Below are positions 9,301 through 15,271 of a stretch of DNA of 20,000 bases, piece after piece. How positions within the stretch are numbered: the first letter of the stretch is position 1; every line of letters starts with the position of its first letter. Origin of the DNA: an uncultured virus (IMG/VR IMGVR_UViG_2687453124_000003). Lineage: Duplodnaviria; Heunggongvirae; Uroviricota; Caudoviricetes. The notes under the pieces are model-generated. The model did no database searches. It worked only from the letters and a program-made list of their open reading frames with translations, and was not told the DNA's origin. The stretch is taken from the IMG/VR virus record IMGVR_UViG_2687453124_000003; one strand, 5' to 3'. A program made the position numbers and the translations under genes.

Positions 9301-9349
9301 CTGGTCGGTGCCAGGTACCGGATCACTGCCGACCTTCTCCAAACATCTC

Positions 9350-9434
9350 GGCCCTGTGGCGAAACATGGCAGCCGCGCCGGATTCAAACTCCGGTGTCCG
9401 ACAGGACGTGTGGGTTCGATTCCCTCCAGGGCTA
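9350..9434 (+). tRNA. tRNA-Leu(CAA)
   Basis: CCGGA-TTCAAAC-TCCGG; long variable arm; A73. Confidence 0.92.
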
Positions 9435-9452
9435 CCGCGTCCGAATGAACAA

Positions 9453-9524
9453 TGCCTTGTGGGGTAATCGGCAGCCCACTGGATTTTGGCTCCGGGAGTT
9501 CAGGTTCGAGCCCTGGCGAGGCAG
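9453..9524 (+). tRNA. tRNA-Gln(TTG)
   Basis: CTGGA-TTTTGGC-TCCGG; U1-A72, G73. Confidence 0.92.
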
Positions 9525-9550
9525 CAGGTCGGCGGACCCGAAACGCACAT

Positions 9551-9622
9551 TGCCCGGTGGTCTAACGGCAGGACTCCTGATTCTGGATCAGGTCGGTGGA
9601 GGTTCGAATCCTCCCTGGGCAG
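9551..9622 (+). tRNA. tRNA-Gln(CTG)
   Basis: CCTGA-TTCTGGA-TCAGG; U1-A72, G73. Confidence 0.92.
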
Positions 9623-9735
9623 CATCGCGAATTCCACTGTGCGGAGTTAATCGCCCGCGTGGCAGTGGTCTTCGCAGGTGGCGTTCCAGGAGCATGTTCG
9701 ACGCTATGGCCCCATTCCAGGATCGCCGCCACAAC

Positions 9736-9812
9736 GCCCTGATAGCTCAGTCCGGCCAGAGCGGCTGCCTTGTAAGCAGTGTCCGTCGCCGGTTCGAATC
9801 CGGCTTGGGGCT
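9736..9812 (+). tRNA. tRNA-Thr(TGT)
   Basis: GCTGC-CTTGTAA-GCAGT. Confidence 0.9.
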
Positions 9813-9832
9813 CTCCTGCGCCTTCGGGTGTT

Positions 9833-9907
9833 GCCGCCATAGCTCAGTGGCAGAGCGCTTTCTTGGTGAGAAAGAGGTCTCGGGTTCAACCCCCGATGGT
9901 GGCTCCA
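9833..9907 (+). tRNA. tRNA-Thr(GGT)
   Basis: CTTTC-TTGGTGA-GAAAG; encoded CCA. Confidence 0.9.
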
Positions 9908-10047
9908 CGGTTGTCGGTGACCAGCCCGCTGCGCGAGCGGCACGCGGAACCGTCAGACTCGGCACTCCTCTGCCCACGCAGGGGTCATTGGCTGGCTAAG
10001 CCGCACCGAGCAAGTCAGCTGCAGCTGGCCGAAAGGCGTGGGTGTCT

Positions 10048-10123
10048 GTGGATGTAGCGCAGCTGGTAGCGCGTCTCGTTGCCAACGAGAAGGCCGCGGG
10101 TTCGAATCCCGTCTTCCACTCCA
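10048..10123 (+). tRNA. tRNA-Gly(GCC)
   Basis: TCTCG-TTGCCAA-CGAGA; encoded CCA. Confidence 0.93.
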
Positions 10124-10257
10124 GCACTTCTCCCCTTCGCGGGAGGTGTGGGGGCTGGTTCCGGCCCCGGCGTCAACGGAGGGTTCGCGTGGACCCTGTA
10201 CCGCCCGATTGAGGTTGGCGGACGCAGAGCGCAGGTAACCCCTGTGGCAGGACACAT

Positions 10258-10331
10258 GCCCCTCTGGCCCAACTGGCAGAGGCGTCGGCTTCAGGTGCCG
10301 AAGGTTCCCGGTTCGAATCCGGGGAGGGGTA
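10258..10331 (+). tRNA. tRNA-Leu(CAG) lacking the long variable arm
   Basis: TCGGC-TTCAGGT-GCCGA; Leu-type D arm and A73, but only a 5-nt variable loop. Confidence 0.85.
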
Positions 10332-10334
10332 CAA

Positions 10335-11109
10335 CGAGGCATGGCTCGATAACCGGAGGTGACTCCGGGAAAGGTGGGTGTGACACCCCGCCGCCACATC
10401 TCTACGGGGATGTGGCACACCATGCACGGCTCCCGCAAGGAGTACCTGGGCAACCGGGTGCCACAGCGGTCCGAGTTCGGCGACAGAAGGGACGGCGAGT
10501 GCTCACCTTCGCGCCGGCGCCACGCAGCGCCGGCACCGCCACGTGAACGAGGACTGCCAGCGGGGTGCGGGGGAACACCAGTCCGAGCTCGCCAGGCGAG
10601 GGCGGTTCCCATGACCTCGGAATCCGGTGGGCGCATCGGTGCACGACGAAGAGCGCAGCGGCTTGGCGGCCAAGCGCGAGGGTGTGAAGCATTCTGTGGC
10701 TCAAAAGGTTACGGAACTTCGCGGGAAAGCACATCCTCAGTCACAAACACTAGCTCAATTGGCAGAGCAATCGTTTCTGGAACGGTAGGTCGCCGGTTCA
10801 AGTCCGGCGTGTTTATCCAAGCGAAAGACTTTCCCTGCCACGGCTCGAAAGCGCCGTAATCCTCGGCCCTGCACAGGGAATCGAGGCAACCGTGAACTCG
10901 CAAGGTGATCGGATGTCCGTGAGGCAGTAGAGCAATACAGGGGTTAGCTCCCCCTGTGCGAATCGAAACCTGCGGAGTAGATCGTGGCATGACGAGTGGC
11001 TGCCGCAAGCAGCCCGGCGTGACGGTTACCAGGGGAACCTGGATGGATAAGTCGGGAAACCATAATCCGATGAGAGACCGTTGCTTTGGGGCCTAATCTC
11101 AGCCCCAAA
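10335..11109 (+). ncRNA. GOLLD-like large ncRNA
   Basis: ~775 nt structured non-coding stretch with GNRA hairpins, a GGCTCAAAAGG motif and 3' hairpin TTTGGGGC-CTAATCTCA-GCCCCAAA whose loop can pair with upstream TGAGA. These resemble GOLLD features as recalled; the 5' boundary is approximate. Confidence 0.75.
10744..10819 (+). tRNA. tRNA with CTG anticodon (Gln-like) embedded in the GOLLD-like RNA
   Basis: ATCGT-TTCTGGA-ACGGT; C1:A72 mismatch, U73, encoded CCA. Confidence 0.8.
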
Positions 11110-11116
11110 TAACCAA

Positions 11117-11191
11117 TAGCTCGTAGCTCAATTGTGGCAGAGCGCGCGACTGTTAATCGCGTAGTTGGAGGTTCGACTCCTCCCGGGCTAG
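11117..11191 (+). tRNA. tRNA-Asn(GTT)
   Basis: CGCGA-CTGTTAA-TCGCG. Confidence 0.93.
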
Positions 11192-11203
11192 CGCTTCATA
11201 TTT

Positions 11204-11274
11204 GGGGCTGTAGTTCAACGGTAGAACAGGGCTTTTGCACGGCTCTGATCGGGGTTCGATTCCTCGTAGCTCCA
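11204..11274 (+). tRNA. tRNA-Ala(TGC)
   Basis: GGGCT-TTTGCAC-GGCTC; G3:U70 pair. Confidence 0.92.
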
Positions 11275-11338
11275 CGGGCGCATCCGCGCCATTCCGGCCC
11301 GCCCACAACACGGAAAGACATCTCGTGAAGTTAAGAAG

Positions 11339-12574
11339 TCAAGCGGCGAGCACGGAAGGAGGTGGGAAGGCGTGGGTTTCGTTGTAGCTGGTACTGGTTT
11401 GCAGGCAGTGGTGCAGTTGTCCGAGGAATTTGTTGAACAGGTGTCGTTGGGCTTGCCGGTTCCAGTCTCCGCGTTCTCTCCGAGTCTGAAAATGGTGTTT
11501 GGCGCCGGGCGATGCCTTCAACGAAGCCAGGGCCCAGATGGAACCGGCGGCGGCGAGGCGGTTGTTCTTGATGCGCCGGTAGGTGATGACAGTTTTCTTG
11601 CCACTGGAGCGGGTGACCGGTGCGGACCCGGCGAAGGCTTTGAGACCTCGTGCGTCGGCGAATCGGGTGCGGTCGTCGCCGATCTCGGCGAGCACCCGGG
11701 CGCCGATGAGGGTGCCCATGCCAGGGAAGCTGCCGATCACCTTGGCGTCGGGGTGTCGTTCAAAATGGTCGCGAGCCGCTGCTTCCAGGTCGTCGGAGGT
11801 GCGGCATGCGGCATCGAATTGGACCAGCAGCGCGGTCAACCCGATGCCCATCGCATCCTCCACGACACCTGGTTGACGCAGGTGCTCACGGCGGAAGATG
11901 GCGTGCAGGCGGTCGGCTTCCTCGTCGATGCCGCGTTTGCGTCCGGCCTTGGTCAGCAGCGCCCGCAGTTTCGCGCGGGTGAGCTTTGCGGCCTTGGCTG
12001 GTGTGGATGCGGCAGCCAGGATGGTTCGTGCCTCGGGTCTGGCCAGACCGCCGTTGGGCATCCCAGCGAAGGCGTCCAGCGCCGCCGGGTAGAACTCTTT
12101 GAGCAGGGAGCGGAGCTGGTTGCCGAGCTTCTGCCGTGCCCACACGGCGTCTTGTTGAGCGCGGGCCAGGACGCGAACTGCCTGGGCCAGTTCGGTATCG
12201 GCGGGCAGCGGCCGGTGAGCGGCGGCGTCGGTGCGCAAGATGTTGGCCAGCAGCACCGCGTCAGTGGCATCAGCTTTGGCGCCCGACACTTGATGGCGTG
12301 CCCGGTATCGCGAGGCTGCCAACGGATTCAATGGATAGACAGCGCGTCCGGTAGCGCGCAAGCCAGCGACCAGCAGACCGCGGTCGGTTTCGAGTGCGAC
12401 GGGAATCGGGTCATCGGCGCTGTCCCCGGCTTCGGCCAGCATGTCGAGCAGCTCAGTGAAACCTGTTGCGTCGGCGTTGATCTTCGCCCGGCTGATCGCC
12501 GTCCCGGCCTGGTCGATGATTGCGACGTCGTGTCGGGATTCGCCCCAGTCGATGCCACAGTACAAGCTCGTCAT
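11339..12574 (-). CDS. IS110-family DEDD recombinase/transposase
   Basis: GIDWG, ALE and KADATDA (DEDD RuvC-like) motifs; C-terminal Tnp domain AGSAPVTRSSGK. ATG 12574 with GAGGAGG RBS. Confidence 0.96.
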   Translation of the reverse strand: MTSLYCGIDWGESRHDVAIIDQAGTAISRAKINADATGFTELLDMLAEAGDSADDPIPVALETDRGLLVAGLRATGRAVYPLNPLAASRYRARHQVSGAKADATDAVLLANILRTDAAAHRPLPADTELAQAVRVLARAQQDAVWARQKLGNQLRSLLKEFYPAALDAFAGMPNGGLARPEARTILAAASTPAKAAKLTRAKLRALLTKAGRKRGIDEEADRLHAIFRREHLRQPGVVEDAMGIGLTALLVQFDAACRTSDDLEAAARDHFERHPDAKVIGSFPGMGTLIGARVLAEIGDDRTRFADARGLKAFAGSAPVTRSSGKKTVITYRRIKNNRLAAAGSIWALASLKASPGAKHHFQTRRERGDWNRQAQRHLFNKFLGQLHHCLQTSTSYNETHAFPPPSVLAA

Positions 12575-12609
12575 GATCCTCCTCGTGTGTCGCGGTGGTT
12601 CGTCTCGAA

Positions 12610-13000
12610 CCCGAAAGGGGTTACCCGGCGCCCTAATCGCAGAACTCGTCCGTTCGTCATCTCGTTGGCCATCTCGCAACCCCAGCGCACCGCAGGATCT
12701 CGTTCTGTCGAAGAGTTCAAGACTCCGGAAGAAACGGGGAGCTCACTCCTGTGGCGGGCTCGGACAACGACATTGCAGCACCAACACCGGCATGGACCCC
12801 GCTGGGCGCGCCGCTCTTTCCGGAGAAGTCAAGACATCAGGAGGCGCACAGGCGTCACCCAGCGGAGACCACCACTACCGCCGAGCTGCGCCGCTCTTGC
12901 AGGAGGCGTCCACGCATCGCCCGGAGGTTGACAGGCGTCAGTTGCCGGTAGCTACGTCAGAACACAGACCAGGGGGTGGCAGTCCCACCATCCGCGAACC
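12610..13000 (-). ncRNA. IS110 bridge RNA with two target-binding-loop units and one donor-binding loop
   Basis: Guide segments match both insertion flanks (12839-12847, 12816-12822) and both IS ends (12658-12665, 12633-12638). Transcript ends are approximate. Confidence 0.8.
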
Positions 13001-13027
13001 AACCACAAGATTAGGAGGCGCGGCGCC

Positions 13028-13495
13028 ATGACGACGATCGTGCCCGCGCCTTCCGTGCGGGTGTTCAACGCCGACTATTCGTTCCTCGACACCGTGCGCT
13101 GGCAAGACGCGGTCGGCATGCTTCTACGTGACGTGGCGTACGCGCTGGAGGCCCACGTGCCCCCGCGCATCGTCCGCTCGCCAAGCGCCGAGGTGGAGGT
13201 GCCCAAGTCGCTTCTGCTGACTCGGTACGCCCCTGTCCCCTACCGGCGTGATCCGGAGTTCGCCTCGCGTGCCGAGATTCTGCGCAGGGACAACTACCTG
13301 TGCCAGTACGTCGGCTGCGGGGCCAAGGCCACCACGATCGATCACGTGTTCCCGCGTTCGCGCGGCGGCGCACCGTCAACGTGGACGAACCAGGTAGGCG
13401 CGTGCGAGCCGTGCAACGGCCGCAAGGCAGACCGTACACCGGAGGAAGCGGGTATGAAGCTGATCCGCGAGCCTTTCCGGCCAGCGCACATCTGA
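13028..13495 (+). CDS. HNH endonuclease
   Basis: RRDNYLCQYVGC...TIDHVFPRSRGG...NQVGACEPCNGRKADRTPEEAGM. Confidence 0.95.
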   Translation: MTTIVPAPSVRVFNADYSFLDTVRWQDAVGMLLRDVAYALEAHVPPRIVRSPSAEVEVPKSLLLTRYAPVPYRRDPEFASRAEILRRDNYLCQYVGCGAKATTIDHVFPRSRGGAPSTWTNQVGACEPCNGRKADRTPEEAGMKLIREPFRPAHI

Positions 13496-13539
13496 CGACG
13501 GGGAACAGACCCGTGACGGTTCGGAGAGACGAGCTTCAT

Positions 13540-13610
13540 GGTCCGTTCGGTTAGTGGCAGGCCCCGGGATTCTCAGTCCCGTTACGCGGGTTCGATTCCC
13601 GCACGGACTA
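13540..13610 (+). tRNA. tRNA-Glu(CTC)
   Basis: CGGGA-TTCTCAG-TCCCG. Confidence 0.9.
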
Positions 13611-13617
13611 CGTTGAG

Positions 13618-13685
13618 TGGCGTTGAAATCGGGTTTGATTCCCGCAGGCCGACAGTGTGCCTGGTTGGTGTGGTGCCGCACGCCA
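13618..13685 (+). ncRNA. Second circularly permuted tRNA-like element, candidate
   Basis: Closing stem TGGCGT/ACGCCA around a T-like arm, an acceptor-like hairpin and a GG-containing D-like arm. Confidence 0.4.
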
Positions 13686-13747
13686 TGTGAGAGCCGTGCG
13701 AATCGGCGAAAACTCTACCGCTGCCGAGGAATCGGCAAGTAGAGCAT

Positions 13748-13820
13748 GGTCCCGAAGCTGAACTGGTTCAAGCGCTCGGTTGAAGCCCAAGAGAGGTCGG
13801 TTCGATTCCGGCCGGGACCA
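13748..13820 (+). tRNA. tRNA-Phe(GAA)
   Basis: CTCGG-TTGAAGC-CCAAG (one C:A mismatch). Confidence 0.85.
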
Positions 13821-13829
13821 CTTTTGTAT

Positions 13830-13917
13830 GTCGGTGTGGCGGAATGGCAGACGCACCAGCTTGAGGAGCTGGCGCCCATCACAGGGTGTGCAGGTTCGAC
13901 TCCTGTCATCGACACCA
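13830..13917 (+). tRNA. tRNA-Leu(GAG)
   Basis: CCAGC-TTGAGGA-GCTGG; long variable arm; CCA. Confidence 0.93.
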
Positions 13918-13918
13918 A

Positions 13919-13991
13919 GCCGCGGTAGCTCAGTGGAGAGAGCACCTGCCTACGAAGCAGGGGGCCGGGGGTTCAAATCCCTCTCGCGGTA
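13919..13991 (+). tRNA. tRNA-Arg(ACG)
   Basis: CCTGC-CTACGAA-GCAGG. Confidence 0.93.
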
Positions 13992-14021
13992 CAACGGTCC
14001 AGAAGACCGAAGATCTCAAAA

Positions 14022-14098
14022 CGACCTGTAGCTCATCTGGTTAGAGCGCCGCCCTGATAAGGCGGAGGCAGTTGGTTCAAATCCATCCAGGTCGACCA
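14022..14098 (+). tRNA. tRNA-Ile(GAT)
   Basis: CCGCC-CTGATAA-GGCGG; CCA. Confidence 0.93.
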
Positions 14099-14118
14099 CG
14101 CGGCAATCCGCCGCGAAT

Positions 14119-14192
14119 GCCGGTGTAGAGCAGCTGGTTAGCTCGCCACCCTGTCAAGGTGGAGGCCGCGGGTTCAAGTCCCGTCACTGGCG
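14119..14192 (+). tRNA. tRNA-Asp(GTC)
   Basis: CCACC-CTGTCAA-GGTGG; G73. Confidence 0.94.
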
Positions 14193-14217
14193 CAAGCGGT
14201 GCATTGGGCACCGTCTC

Positions 14218-14294
14218 AGTCTCGTAGCTCAGTTGGAAGAGCACCTGGTTTACACCCAGGGTTGTCGGGGGTTCGAATCCCTCCGGGACTACCA
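14218..14294 (+). tRNA. tRNA-Val(TAC)
   Basis: CCTGG-TTTACAC-CCAGG; CCA. Confidence 0.93.
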
Positions 14295-14295
14295 T

Positions 14296-14376
14296 GCCGG
14301 CACGGCGCAGAGGCGAGGCGCAGCGGCCTGTAAAGCCGTTCTTTCGGGTGAGTGGGTTCAATTCCTTCTGCCGGCA
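14296..14376 (+). tRNA. tRNA-Tyr(GTA)
   Basis: GCGGC-CTGTAAA-GCCGT; variable arm. Confidence 0.88.
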
Positions 14377-14407
14377 CCGGGCCCGCGGCGGCCTCAACGA
14401 CGCGAAA

Positions 14408-14481
14408 CGGGATGTGGCGCAGCTTGGTAGCGCATCTGCTTTGGGAGCAGAGGGTCGCACGTTCAAATCGTGTCATCCCGA
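14408..14481 (+). tRNA. tRNA-Pro(TGG)
   Basis: TCTGC-TTTGGGA-GCAGA; C1-G72. Confidence 0.94.
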
Positions 14482-14495
14482 CAAACAAGATTTCA

Positions 14496-14568
14496 GCCCG
14501 CGTAGCTCAGTGGATAGAGCGCCTGCCTCCGAAGCAGGAGGCCCCGAGTTCAACTCTCGGCGTGGGTA
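14496..14568 (+). tRNA. tRNA-Arg(CCG)
   Basis: CCTGC-CTCCGAA-GCAGG. Confidence 0.93.
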
Positions 14569-14572
14569 CTTC

Positions 14573-14651
14573 GCCTCCATAGCTCAGTCTGGTCCAGAGC
14601 CACCGACTTTTAATCGGAGGGTCGCAGGTTCAAATCCTGCTGGGGGTACCA
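14573..14651 (+). tRNA. tRNA-Lys(TTT)
   Basis: CCGA-CTTTTAA-TCGG; CCA. Confidence 0.92.
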
Positions 14652-14674
14652 GGCCGCACCGCCGGCCGAATCTT

Positions 14675-14757
14675 GGAAGATGAACGCGCCCGGCGCGCGC
14701 ACGGCTTCGAACACCGTTGGTCGCTTCGGCGATGGGGATCAGGGCCTCCGTCTTCCG
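14675..14757 (+). tRNA. Non-canonical 8/4 tRNA-Ser(CGA) (allo-tRNA-like fold)
   Basis: 8-bp acceptor GGAAGATG/CGTCTTCC, 5-bp D stem, loop TTCGAAC, UUCG variable arm, 4-bp T stem with loop ATCAGGG, G73. Confidence 0.7.
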
Positions 14758-14780
14758 CTTTACGGGTATCTATCCCCTAT

Positions 14781-14853
14781 GCGTCCGTGGTCTAGCGGCT
14801 AAGACGCCGGTCTCCAAAACCGGAAGACGCAGGTTCAAGTCCTGCCGGGCGTG
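14781..14853 (+). tRNA. tRNA-Trp(CCA)
   Basis: CCGGT-CTCCAAA-ACCGG. Confidence 0.93.
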
Positions 14854-14919
14854 CAAGTACCCGACCATCGAACGGTGGTCGGATCCAGAGGTCGCGACGA
14901 CAGTCGCGGTCTCGTCCAT

Positions 14920-14992
14920 GGCGCTGTGCTGTGATGGCTAGGCACCCGGGCTTTCATCTCGGGACGCGCGGGTTCAATTCCCGTCGGCGCTA
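14920..14992 (+). tRNA. tRNA-Glu(TTC)
   Basis: CCGGG-CTTTCAT-CTCGG; atypical D arm. Confidence 0.85.
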
Positions 14993-15054
14993 CTCGATTT
15001 TTCGGCGTGTCGCGACGCCTGGCTGGCCCTTGACGCCGACGTCGAACAAGCTGA

Positions 15055-15165
15055 ATGCGCGAGATCCCGTGTCAACGCCAACCCCCCCGTTATCACCTGG
15101 CGAAGGCATCTCCACGACGCCGCATAGTCTCGGACGAGAGGTGACCTGCACGGGATCTCGCGTAT
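15055..15165 (+). repeat. 17-bp inverted repeat enclosing a structured 77-nt interior
   Basis: ATGCGCGAGATCCCGTG (15055-15071) / CACGGGATCTCGCGTAT (15149-15165), with one G:U pair on the + strand. Confidence 0.75.
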
Positions 15166-15167
15166 AT

Positions 15168-15243
15168 GCCCCTGTAGCTCAGAGGACAGAGCGACGCGGT
15201 CCTAACGCGACGGCCGGCGGTTCGAATCCGTCCGGGGGCACCA
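15168..15243 (+). tRNA. tRNA-Arg(CCT)
   Basis: CGCG-GTCCTAA-CGCG; CCA. Confidence 0.9.
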
Positions 15244-15271
15244 TGGCATCAATCGCAAAGGAGCAGCAACC

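Larger units (their letters stand above)
11318..13014 (-). mobile_element. IS110-family insertion sequence
   Basis: AG core (CT on - strand) at 11316-11317 and 13013-13014. No terminal IRs. Long non-coding end 5' of the recombinase. Removal restores GAAAGGAGG in front of the HNH gene. Confidence 0.9.

Noticed and set aside
8600..11330. Numerous 60-230 aa ORFs on both strands
   Set aside because: They overlap tRNAs and structured RNAs, are Arg/Pro/Gly-rich and lack RBSs.
12575..12679. Longer N-terminus for the recombinase (ORF track start 12679)
   Set aside because: ATG 12574 has a GAGGAGG RBS and starts at the family's GID motif; the upstream part is the donor-binding loop.
12901..12908. 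AGGAGGCG in unit 2, an 8-nt match to the current target flank
   Set aside because: By scaffold alignment it lies at the right-guide/inner-hairpin position, not the left-guide position, so it was not counted as a guide. It remains an alternative reading.
11372..12931. 519-aa + strand ORF
   Set aside because: Antisense shadow of the IS110 recombinase in high-GC DNA; no recognisable motifs.
12799..12951. CRISPR-like repeat interpretation of the duplicated units
   Set aside because: Only two units with split 10-nt conserved blocks and no cas genes; better explained as bridge RNA loops.
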